Made by a program: the position numbers and the translations under genes
Assembly (NCBI GenBank): GCA_020137815.1
Contig: CM035356.1
Span: 868,001 to 932,000, forward strand
Source: Hormiphora californensis
Lineage: Eukaryota > Animalia > Ctenophora
DNA length: 64,000 nt
Direction: 5' to 3'
Notes under the pieces: model-generated
What the model was told of the DNA's origin: nothing
Seen by the model: the letters and a program-made list of their open reading frames with translations, nothing else
Databases searched by the model: none
Part shown: piece after piece, positions 10,667 through 51,000 of the stretch
Numbering within the stretch: position 1 is the first letter of the stretch
Layout: each line of letters begins with the position of its first letter

Positions 10667-13600
10667 CTCTCACATCGCTGTATTTTAGAACACGATTGAT
10701 AATTCAGAAACTTTGTGGGACGAAGTTAAATCCGAAGAGGAAGAGGAAGAAGAGAGGCGTAAGGTGCCCCCAAAGGGCAAAACGAAAGCTCAACAGAAAG
10801 CTCAAAAAGCCAAACCAAATCTAGTGTAGCTGAGGTATTTAATTTGATTTATTATATTATATTTAGTTAGATTTAACAAAAACCAGCAAGTACGTTTGTA
10901 AATAAATAAAAGCCTAGAAAACCTTCTCTAACAGTTTCATTATTTAGGACAGTGATATGAGTGTTGGTGAGAAGGAAAATTACCCGAAGAGCAAAAACCG
11001 ACAGAAACCAGGGAGCAGTAAAACCAAATCCAGAAGTACAGCTGAGGTATGTGTAAATCAACATCAAACTAACTAAAAGTTTCATTCTATTATTTCCACC
11101 TAAACTTGTTGTTCTAACATACCCCACAATTCAGGACAGTGATATGAGTGTCGAGGATGTGGAAAGTGTGCCAAAGAAAAAGAGGGGACGACCTAGGAAG
11201 AGTGAAGTAAGTCGGTCATTCTCTCACTGCGCCCGGATCATGAATGATTATACCAACTTGTTATTGTAACTCTCTCCTCTCCCCTCAGTCCAGCGGCAAA
11301 GATAAGTCCAAGGAGATGGAAAAGAAGATGCATAAAGAAAAGATGAGAAAGAAAAAAGAAGAGGAGAAACAGAGGAAAGAGGAAGAAAGAGAGAAGAGGA
11401 AAGAGGAAGAAAGAGAGAAGAGGAAAGAGGAAGAACGAAAGAAAAAGAAAGAAGAAGAGGTAATAACACACGAAATGAAGCGTGCTGCAAGTGAAATACT
11501 AACACTCCTCTAAACATGTCTAAACAATTTTCGTTTCTCACCAGTCTAAGAAGCGAAAGAAGGGAAAACTTCAAGGAAGCAGCCCAGATAAGGGGAAAAG
11601 GAAAAAATCAAGAAGGGAAACCATGGAAACCTTCGACTCTGAGGTATATCAATGTTATATATCAATGTTATAACATACTATCGTATGTTTTGTATTTCAC
11701 TTTTTTCTGAACTGTCACAACTTGTGTGCACGGCGTGCCTGGTGAAATTTTAACACGACCTAGCATGCAACGGGAAACCACCACTTGTACGTGGTAGCTG
11801 AGGGTCTACAGAATGGCGCTACGGTGCGGGAAAAAAAAGTCCATGCCCTAAAATCGTTTTTTTTTACTTTTATTTGATTTGGGTCAAAATTGGCTATATT
11901 AAACGTGGGGGGGGGGGGGGTGCAGCCCAAAAAAAACCAACCATACCCTGGATTTTCAAGTGTTGATTTTTTTTGATTTTTTTTGATCTTTTTTGATTTT
12001 TTTTAATTTTTTTTTGATCTTTTTTGATTTTTTTTGATCTTTTTTGAATATTTTTGGTCGTTTTTGATTTTTTTTGATCGTTTCTGATTTTTTTTGAATT
12101 TTTTTGATCGTTTTTGATTTTATTTGATCGTTTTTGATTTTTTTTGAACTTTTTGTTCAACATTAAATAATCAAAAAAAATCAAAAACGATCAAAAAAAT
12201 TCAAAAACGATCAAAAAAATTCAAAAAAAAATCAAAAACGATCAAAAAAAATCAAAAACGATCAAAAAAAATCAAAAACGACCAAAAAAAATCAAAGAAA
12301 TTTCAACCAAAAACGACCAAAAACGACCAAAAAAAACCAACCATACCCTGGGTTTCGGAAAAAGTTTGAATTTTTTTGGGGCTGCACCCCCCCCCCAACG
12401 TGGTCCCGAAAAATCCATAATGACTTAGCACACGAAATATGTCACCCCTACCTATTTTTGCACGTAGAATCGATTGCCGTTGAAGTCGAATCTCTAAAAT
12501 GACTGTAAAATGGTCAAAAGTTGATTTTTTACCATTTTTTGGAGGTTTTTGGCCCCTAAACCATTGAAAACGTTGAGATAGGGATTTGAAACTAGTGCCA
12601 ATCGTTAAAATGGTCATTTTTCTACCAAGAACCAAGTTTTCATGTATATCCGATTTATGGTTAGATTTGGGCAAATTGTTGAAATCTGCCAACTAGGAGA
12701 ACCGTAACTTGATTTTCTTGTTTTTTGGATTTTGGCATTTTTGACAAACTTCTGATTGAAATGGTCAATCGGGACCATGCTTAAGTTGTTTATGGGACAA
12801 TTTTCGACTAAAATCCAAGATTTCATACCAATCCAATAACAGATCGTTGATTTATAGAAAATTTAAGTAGGCAAAACGGTCAAAATGACAACTTTTCTTG
12901 CTTATTTTGACCGTTTTGCCTACTTAAATTTTCTATAAATCAACGATCTGTTATTGGATTGGTATGAAATCTTGGATTTTAGTCGAAAATTGTCCCATAA
13001 ACAACTTAAGCATGGTCCCGATTGACCATTTCAATCAGAAGTTTGTCAAAAATGCCAAAATCCAAAAAACAAGATAATCAAGTTACGGTTCTCCTAGTTG
13101 GCAGATTTCAACAATTTGCCCAAATCTAACCATAAATCGGATATACATGAAAACTTGGTTCTTGGTAGAAAAATGACCATTTTAACGATTGGCACTAGTT
13201 TCAAATCCCTATCTCAACGTTTTCAATGGTTTAGGGGCCAAAAACCTCCAAAAAATGGTAAAAAATCAACTTTTGACCATTTTACAGTCATTTTAGAGAT
13301 TCGACTTCAACGGCAATCGATTCTACGTGCAAAAATAGGTAGGGGTGACATATTTCGTGTGCTAAGTCATTATGGATTTTTCGGGACCACGTTTAATATA
13401 GCCAATTTTGACCCAAATCAAATAAAAGTAAAAAAAAACGATTTTAGGGCATGGACTTTTTTTCCCGCACCGTAGCGCCATTCTGTAGACCCTCAGCTAC
13501 CACGTACAAGTGGTGGTTTCCCGTTGCATGCTAGGTCGTGTTAAAATTTCACCAGGCACGCCGTGTGTGGCTCACACCACATTTTATGAGGGTTCGCTAC

Positions 13601-14558
13601 AATCCGTCACAACTGAACTCTTCTTCATACAGGATGATGTCACACCGAGTTTCTCATCATCCAATCGACACCCTCCTCCGGCCCGGTTAGTTGATCCTGG
13701 GGAGACACCTCTCCCACCGGCACCCCGCCGAACTAGCACCCCATTCTACTCAAGACTTCCCGACAGAAGCATTCTTGCTGATCAGTTCGCTAATTCTCTT
13801 CACCGGCCGAGCAGCCTTGAGGATCACAAACAATCGAGAGCACAGGTTTGTAACCATGCTGTTTTCATGTTATACGTCATTAGACGACTGTCGACTAACA
13901 TTTATTTAAAACGAGTGGTCCTAACAAAACGTTAATCGCAATTTGATATGCGATTCGTGGGTCCTATGAGCAACTAGTTAGTACATGATAAGTCTAGAAT
14001 ACCCTCCCTTTAACAACCTACATATCAACAGGTGGTGAGAATGGAGGTAGAGCATCTTGGTGACTGCGACGTGGTGGAAGACGGGGATGAGGGGGATGAT
14101 AATATATACGTCCTCAAGATTCCAAATGAGGGTTGGATGGGATGCATCGTGTGTCTTCAATACGGTCAGTTAAATGAAATGTAGACATTTTTGGTTCACC
14201 TAGTAGGAGTTTTCGGGCTGGACAAAACCCCCTCCCAAACACCCCTTAACACCATTTAACACCCTCCCCGTAACCTTCCACCAACACTCCCTTTCTAACA
14301 CCGTTCCTAACCTCCTCAGAATCAACACGTGACGGCCTACTTCAAGGATTGAATACAACGATACGTGTTAAGTGTGTATTCAACGAAGTAACTCTAGAAA
14401 TGGAGGGAGATCCACAAATATTGAAGAAGGGACAATTTGTTGACATTCCAATCGGACATGTATGGGATGTTAAAGCGCACCACAGGAAAGGGGCGGTACT
14501 GAGACTCACATTCAAAACCGACGATGTCCCAGAAGATTATGACAGTTATCATGATTGA
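6386..14558 (+). CDS. Multi-exon CENP-C/Mif2-like protein: disordered, SQ/TQ repeats, RRSKR motif, AT-hook, C-terminal cupin; start uncertain
   Basis: Exons approx. 6386-6484, 6748-6868, 7736-8765, 8930-9043, 9179-9270, 9401-9574, 9761-9856, ~9913-10071, 10223-10306, 10690-10833, 10948-11046, 11135-11206, 11289-11460, 11544-11643, 13633-13845, ~13980-14164, 14320-14558 (GT-AG); GIRRSKRRHIP...PLYELEKIY; KKRGRPRK; cupin-like VTLEMEGDPQILKKGQFVDIPIGHVWDVKAHHRKGAVL. Confidence 0.55.
6666..6710. mobile_element. 45-bp internally deleted copy of the CAGGAACCGACCG MITE
   Basis: TIRs CAGGAACCGACCGA / TCGGTCGGTTCCTG; near-perfect 8-bp TSD GTAGTCGA / GTAGTCTA. Confidence 0.75.
11729..13565. mobile_element. 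Palindromic (foldback) non-autonomous DNA transposon, Chapaev/CMC-like, in an intron
   Basis: CACGG...CCGTG termini, 4-bp TSD TGTG (11725-11728, 13566-13569); arms of ~660 bp mirror around a 17-nt spacer at 12887-12903. Confidence 0.8.
11907..12396. mobile_element. Nested element with poly-G/poly-C ends and an internal inverted (TTTTTGATC)n/(GATCAAAAA)n array
   Basis: Absent from the mirror arm (~13382-13400); TIR G-run+TGCAGCCC / GGGCTGCA+C-run; duplicated target AACGT(GG). Confidence 0.8.
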
Positions 14559-15361
14559 ATTAATTAGGGATTAATTATCATGGTTAATTTTATATTTATA
14601 AGTTATCTATCAATGTACAAATTGTTATGTCATAACGTGGTGTTATTTTGCAGTATTTTTAACCCATGTTCAATATCGATGGTAGTTATACTAATGAATC
14701 TTTCCATCGAAAAAAAAAAGTAACTGAGTTTTCTTTTGACCACCTCGATTGAAATCACAAACAATTATCCGATGCTTATCCTGGCGTATGTTGGTTGGTA
14801 ATGAACAATTAACAAAATAAGTTCCCCCACAATTCTCTGATGTTTCCCCCACTGTCACATTTCAACCCGCGCGCAAGTCCTCAAGTTTTACTCCGAATGC
14901 GCGCGTCTAGATGAAAGTAATCTATTCTCAGCACCAATTAAATCCGTGCCGCCCTGTAGGCTGCCTACTGGGCAATATTTTGGGAAACAATCCCGTCCCG
15001 CCAGCATTGTTCAGAACAGCATCATGCCCGATATAGCCCTGCCAGACCATTGGCGAGTCAGAGCATTATTCTGACAGATATATCCTTGTCGGTTCCTACC
15101 TGACCAGAACAACGAAGAATCAAAATTACTGAAGAATTTAAAATGCAACACATTTACATCAAAAAGCTGTTTGTCTTCACTCTCTCACAGATTATCATCC
15201 AAAGGCTTTGAAAATTTTAAATTAAGTAATTAACTGTATAGTAAACTCCCACGCCTAAACAAAATAACCACCTTTATACCTGAAAAACACACAAACCACT
15301 TCACACATTTCTAATATCATAAACTGAAAAAATAATATAACAGCAGTCGCTGAAACCAAAG

Positions 15362-15458
<97 letters not shown>

Positions 15459-15512
15459 CCTCTCTCTCTCACCCTCCATCTTTGTCCCCTGTACACTGTC
15501 TAGACACAATAT

Positions 15513-31895
<16,383 letters not shown>

Positions 31896-32118
31896 CTCTT
31901 TGACCGATTTAGCCCTGACATCAGTTTCCTATATGTACGGAGGGAGGGAGCGGGGAATGATTGTGCCACGAGTGCTCACGCAGGCTACTTTAATTACGGG
32001 GGACGTTTCGCGCGCGCACGCATGGTCAGACACAGGGCAAGGGGGATAAAAGTGAGTCAAAAGTGTGCTAAATAATCAAAAATTCGGATATAGCAGGGAG
32101 AAGAGGAAGGAAGTGTTG

Positions 32119-44224
<12,106 letters not shown>

Positions 44225-44386
44225 ATTCTGGCTCCTTCCTAATTCAATAAAACAGTTTTAACAACGACTTATTAGGTTCCTTTTGACTAGAGTTAATTAA
44301 ATGGAGGTTTAAAATTAAATAACTTACAAAACTAACACTCAGTATATAAGTTAAATCAGAAACCAATAAAACACTCCCCAAACTCT

Positions 44387-44772
44387 CTAAAACATTTCAG
44401 TCGCAGCACCGGCAGCCTCTGCTTTCAGGATCTGCTTCCTTTTTGTGGCCTTCCCAACACTAAGCTGGGGTTTCCCCCTGTTTAAACTGTCCAACATAAT
44501 ACAAGCTTTACAGAGTTCTCCACTGGAAATGTATCCGCACCGTTTACACGTCATTTGGGTAGGCATCTTGACCTGGGAATGCACAGGGTTTTAGTTGTTT
44601 TGTTCAATAACAGTCTAACTTGGCAAGGTTTTAGAAGAGAGAGAGAGAGAGGGAAGAGAAAGAGAAAGAATGTGAGAGAGAGAAAGGGAGAGAAAGAAAG
44701 AGAAATAGAGGGAGAGAGACTTTTGGGAACTCACATCATCTTTGATAGCGAGATCTTCCCCCGATTTAATGA
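44387..44772 (-). CDS. CTU1: Cytoplasmic tRNA 2-thiolation protein 1, last two exons only (5' part missing)
   Basis: [13 protein letters not shown]|[33 protein letters not shown] matches the CTU1/Ncs6 C-terminal zinc motif CxRCGYISSxxLCKAC. Confidence 0.85.
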
Positions 44773-45060
44773 CCTACTTTTGGTTACTGTCGTCTAAAGT
44801 AGTTAGTACGCCTTTAAGAACTGTCCAATCTTCTATGGGTGCGATAAATATCGGTGATAGCTGAATAATTTAGTCTCGAGTCGAGTCTCGACACAATGCG
44901 TCAGGGTGGTCCGCAGGAAGCCTGAAGGCTGAAGCCAGACATTACTAGCTGTCAATTCAATTTTGAAATCACACACTTGTTTTGCTTTGATCGCTTATGG
45001 CCAGAATTCAGTTTATAGTTCATTTTTAATTCCATTTCCTAGAATGTGAGAATATCATGA

Positions 45061-48000
45061 ATGGCGGTCCAGGTCCATACTGCAGTGACTCCTCTCGACA
45101 CTAAGATCGTTGAAAATGCGTGTCAACATCTCCGTACCATAAGTAAGTCTTGAAACAAAGCATCACATGTCCCCTTGTAATAAGTGTAAAATACTACAAA
45201 TCCCACATTTCACAAAACAGTGTGTCATTTCTAATGCTCCAAACCGCTAACTCCTATCCCTACTCAGCCCAGTACCTCTCGCAAGAGACAGAATGTCAGG
45301 ATACAGACGCCAAAGGAGTTCAAGTTATTGTCGATGCACTCTTGGAACTTGTAAGTGATCAAATTTTAAAAAAACCTGATTTAACTTTTAAAAAGGTCAA
45401 GATAATTTCACTGATAAGCGGATGTTAACAAAATAAACCCTATTTAGGATTCCGAGAGACAGCGTCTTCATGATGCTCTAGAAGCGGAGACAATCAAAGC
45501 AAGTGTACTCAGGCATACTTTGTTGAACTCACCCCTCGACACTGAACGGGAAATTCAACGTAAGATTTGGAGACGATATGATACAACTTCCAATTTTATA
45601 ACCAATTTATAACCAATACAATTAAAAGTTAGTGCGCTTGATAAAGTCTTAAGTCCGAGGTCAATTGAATTAATTGTTTGGTTGTCCAGCTCGATATGTG
45701 TCTCATGAAGACATAATTCTGGGTGTGGACAATATAAATAGAGACTCGTTGGTTAATAATCAGGAGAATAAAATCAGAAATTTTCGCCGTACAACGTTAG
45801 CTAAAAATTGAAATAAATTTTTTTGATTAATAGGGTTTGGTAGCTTAGTGGTCTCTCTGGAGGTCCCTGGTTCAATTCCCGGTCAAACCCAGTATTTTTC
45901 GATTTTCTTCCCTATTTAATTCTTGCTCTGAACTCATTATTCAGAATAATTTAATGGATTAATGATATAATAATGTAATACAAAAACTAAACTAAAATTT
46001 AAAGAAACTGTAAAAACTAAAGCTAAAAACTATCTAGCTAAAAACGGTTATATGTTATCTAAACTCTTTGACATTATACATAAGTATATAGTGTTCTATC
46101 ACCCGACATTCTAAGCATCAGAGAAAGCGTAATCCCATACCAGTGCCAGGGAGGTCATGAATGCCACATCCACTCCAGGTTCAATAGTAAGATAGTAGTT
46201 GTCACTTGAGAAGAGGATGTCTTTGAAACTGAAACTTGCGTCCTTGCTCATGTGGGCATAGAGAACGTCTTCATTATATCCGTCATAGATCTTGATATCA
46301 AACCCAATGACAGAGGATTTCATCATGAGTAGGGGCTTCAGGTGCCTGGGGAGAGAGGGGTTAGGGGCTGCAGGTGCCTGGGGAGAGAGGGGTTAGGGGC
46401 TGCATGTGCCTGGGGAGAGGGTGGTTAGGGGCTGCATGTGCCTGGGGAGAGGGGGGTTAGGGGCTGCATGTGCCTGGGGAGAGAGGGGGTTAGGGGCTGC
46501 ATGTGCCTGGGGAGAGAGAGGGTGGTTAGGGGCTGCAGGTGCCTGGGGAGAGAGGGGTTAGGGGCTGCATGTGCCTGGGGAGAGAGGGGTTAGGGGCTGC
46601 ATGTGCCTGGGGAGAGGGTGGTTAGGGGCTGCATGTGCCTGGGGAGAGGGTGGTTAGGGGCTGCATGTGCCTGGGGAGAGAGGGGGTTAGGGGCTGCATG
46701 TGCCTGGGGAGAGAGAGGGTTAGGGGCTGCATGTGCCTGGGGAGAGAGGGGGTTAGGGGCTGCATGTGCCTGAGGGAGAGAGGGGGTTAGGGGCTGCAGG
46801 TGCCTGGGGGAGAGGGGGGTTAGGGGCTGCATGTGCCTGGGGAGAGAGTGGGGTTAGGGGCTGCATGTGCTTGGGGCTGCAGGTGCCTGGGGGAGAACTG
46901 TATGTGATGTGGTTGTGTTTTATAAAAAAACTTATCTAGAGTGTTTACTGAAAACACTATAATACCCACTTTGCTTGCTGCACCCTTTCTTAGAATAATA
47001 GAACATAACAATACCTACTTACTCCCCTAGTAGTATCGGTAATGAAATTACCCCTCCTCACGGATATGCAATATAATAACAGGGGTGACATCGTAACCAA
47101 TAGAAGTACATCTTACCCAGCAAGAACCGACCGAATCAGGAAATACTGGTCCCTGATTGGCTGATAACCAGTCACGTGACCTAAATAACGAGTTCTGATT
47201 GGTTGTTTACTTGTTTCGGTCGGTTCCTGTTACCCAGTTTCAGTTGAATCGTCTTCGTGAGGAAAGGGAGGCTCGTACACATAGACATAGCACTTCTCTC
47301 GAAGAGGACAGTGTCTGAAGGCAATGGTAACCCTCCTCTCCTCCAAGTTCTCACCAGCCAGTATATGCCACGTGTCTCTGAATAATGCGGTTTTTCAGGG
47401 TCAGTTGGTGGGGGGGGGGAGAGGGGTTCCCAGTGTCAAAAACCACGAATATGCGAATCTAATTTCCAATGCTTTTAGAGAAAATAATGCCAAAATAATG
47501 CCAAAATAATGCCAAGCCTAGTTCCCCAATCACACACATTTGTCTGTAAATTACAGTGTAATTGTTGCGCGTTTTTAGGACTCTGAGGGACTCTGGGCCG
47601 GGCATTATTGGGACTCTGGGGGCGTTATTGGGACTCCAGAACCCAAATAATGCCCTCCTTAGTTTATCACTCAAAACTGTTTTTTAGCTTTGAAAACGAT
47701 TCTACGAGATAGACAATTATTATAAGCCATATTGCATAATAGTAGAGTCGATAACTACATCGACCTCTCCCAATTGTTCCAGTTTTTGTCACATCTGTTT
47801 GGAGCCTCGACACGACCTCTAAACAGGTGTTACTTTTTCACAAACTGTTTTCATCTTGGTGTAATCAGCAGTTGAAATGTTGCTAATCATAACAAAAACC
47901 TGACTAAATTTTTTCAACTTGGGGTAAAACCATGGGTGTCAAAAGTTAGCTCTAGGTCTCCTGAATAACCATCCGGAGACTCTAAGAGATATTTCAAGCC

Positions 48001-51000
48001 GTTCTCCCGTAATCATTAATCCCGGTGGAGAAAAAAATACAATGCGGACGTACGTGAGCGCTGGCAGGCTGTTTACATGTTATTGTATGTCTCTCACTCT
48101 CTCTGGAAAAACCGCACGTGCGGTTGCGCCGCGCGAGATAACTCTTTCTCAAGGGGGAGAAAAGAGAGAGACGCACATTAACGTTATACATTAAAGTTGA
48201 GGTTGTAGGCAATTGCACGTACGTCCATACTCAAATATGTGCTCTACCGGGATAAATGATTACAGGAGAACGGCTTGAAATATCTCTTAGAGTCTCCGGA
48301 TGGTTACTCAGGGGACCTAGAGCTAACTTTTGACACCCATGGTTTTACCCCAAGTTGAAAAAATTTAGTCAGGTTTTTGTTATGATTAGCAACATTTCAA
48401 CTGCTGATTACACCAAGATGAAAACAGTTTGTGAAAAAGTAACACCTGTTTAGAGGTCGTGTCGAGGCTCCAAACAGATGTGACAAAAACTGGAACAATT
48501 GAGAGAGGTCGATGTAGTTATCGACTCTACTATAAGGGTCACATAAAATGAAATAGGGAGAGTTTATGTGCCACAAATTAGAACAATAAACTTATTTTAT
48601 AACTATCGGGTTGGTGAGGTTAAAACGCACCTAAATGCCCAAAGTTTCGTTTTTATCTTGCAGATGTCATTTCCATACATATCCTTTAGCACGTGTTTAG
48701 ATCTCGTCGTGGCGATCGGGTTTGAAACCTGAAAGAGATAACACGGTCGCTTGTAGTGGGAAAACGGTAATGGAAAACGAGGATACAGTAAGACGACGCG
48801 CAACCGTGACCAATCAGGGAGCTAGTACGTGCTAACACATGAACTTTTTGCCGCGTGTTATGCACCGTGCGCGTCTCCTTACTGTATTTTGCGTTACCGT
48901 ATTTTGACTGCAAGCAGCACTGTAAGGATAGAAACACAGACACACTGTCGGTGATCTTGTATAGAACGTGGCCACTGGTCAAGGCAGTAGCTTCCCTGTA
49001 GCCTGTAGAGATATATAATATGCTGTCCCAGAATGATTGATACCAACTGCCACAGCTGCCGCCTGCAGGTGGACAAGATCCACGAGGACCCCACCCCCTG
49101 CTGCAGTAGTCCCATACCTGGAAGAAAGTGTTTCCGGCAGTGTCCAGGATCTTGAAACAATCATCACGGATCTTGAAGGCCTTCTCTTTTAGAAGTAGCT
49201 GGAACGGATTTGGGTAGCAGTACTGGGGCCCGAATATACAGATCCTATGAGAGGGATCCCCGTTACTCGCCTGTACCAGAGCCTTGTGTTGGGCCATAAC
49301 TGGAGATGTTATGTACCAGAAAAGTACAATTATTTTTTGTAGAGGAAGAAATAAGAGCTAAAGCAAAGTTCAGACGTGCAAATAAGATGGTGTTTGTCTG
49401 GAGGGACGCGACCAGGTGGCTGGTAATGGAAGTGGGGGTTGCGTGAGGGTGGTATCGTATGGCTAATGCCGTTACACACACATCTAGTGTTGATGCTCTG
49501 TCGAATTCGATCATTTTGCAACTCTCATCATGATAATATACTGTGTACTATTTTATTAAAACTGCCGCATATAACCATTCATGACCTATTATTTTGCAAT
49601 GAAAGAAAGTGAATTTCATAACTGGTTATTATGATTTCATCGTCTCATTTTAGCGATTCAGTCTTCATGGTTACCGATACAGTTGCCATGGCAACAGTAA
49701 AAATTGGCCTTGATTAAAGAAGGCCACCCGGCGGAGCCGGGTGGGTTTGTCATCAGCCCCATGCTTGAGGCGCACCCGGTGGGACGTGGGTGTGCTAGTT
49801 ACTAAGTTACTTATATGATAACAAATTACCAATCAATTGTAGTTACCAACCTAGCTGACTTTACTTTTCAGAGGCCGTTTCTGATGCACGACAGGGCAAC
49901 CTGAACGAAATAGACCACGTGCAGGGACAGCTAAAGATTACAAAAGATGCCATAGCTGAGCTAACAGAGGAATTAAATGGAATTAATGAGCACGATGCTA
50001 TATTAAAGTAAGTATCATTTCGAGGTGGTAGTTCTCATGGATCTCTGGATGTGGTAGATAATAAGTTTAGTTTCGTCAGAGTATCAGTCTCATTCGTAAC
50101 AAAATGTTTTCTTCAGTCCACAGAGAGAGGAAATCAGCTTTACCCACGAGGATATTGTTTCTGACCTGAATTTTCTACTGAACGACAAAGCCAAGTAAGC
50201 TATAATTTGTATCTGACTTCCCGTAAAACGGAATTGGAGATATTACTTGCGGTGTGTTGGGGTAACTCAAGCTTTCTTTATAGGGTTCAAATTGAGCTGA
50301 ATGATACATGGGAGGAAGTCCGATCTTGCAAGAAGAATGTAAGCAGCAATTTGAGTTATACAACCATCTAGTGAAGAAATTTCGAGCTATATAACCATTT
50401 AGTGAAGAATATTTGAATTTTATTTGGCTCATGACCCCATATACCAGGACAATTAAAGTAACTATGTATAAGTTTCCAATTTCCATTTCAGATTGGCAGG
50501 ACAGAAAATGGTATTCTGCAACTCCACGAAGACCTAATAGAAGAGAGGGAATCAGCGAAAGTAACCAGAAAACAGCTGCGAGGAGATATTCTTGCCACTA
50601 AACGTCAGAAGGAGCAGCAGTTGAATGCGAATGATGTTGCTGTGAGACAGATTGAACGACTCAAATCTAACCTTTTGGATGTGAAACATAACAACCAGGA
50701 TAAACGACTGGTTTGTTAAATGCATGCACGTTGTGGTGTGACGGGTTGTGGTATATCTAATTGGGTTTAGAACTTTAGAGTTTTGGTACAAGTTCTTGGG
50801 TTTGGGGGACGGGGGTGATGGTATGCTTTTTGAGTCTGACCGTATTAACCTTCTCCAAAGGTTCTCAATTCCTCTAGTTTACCCTACCCAGTACCAACCC
50901 CCTATACCCCAGCCCGTATAACCAATTTTAGGGGATTGGTGACATCGGCAAAAACACAGAAAAGCTGGAGGGTACTTACAAGGTCCTTGCTCGAAATGAG

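Noticed and set aside
12303-13475. Twin ORFs 12303-12692 (-) and 13098-13475 (+) with identical N-termini
   Set aside because: Mirror images from the palindromic transposon arms; no transposase motifs
46332-46895. CRISPR-like or telomeric array
   Set aside because: No unique spacers, no cas genes, eukaryotic context; only one TTAGGG per unit
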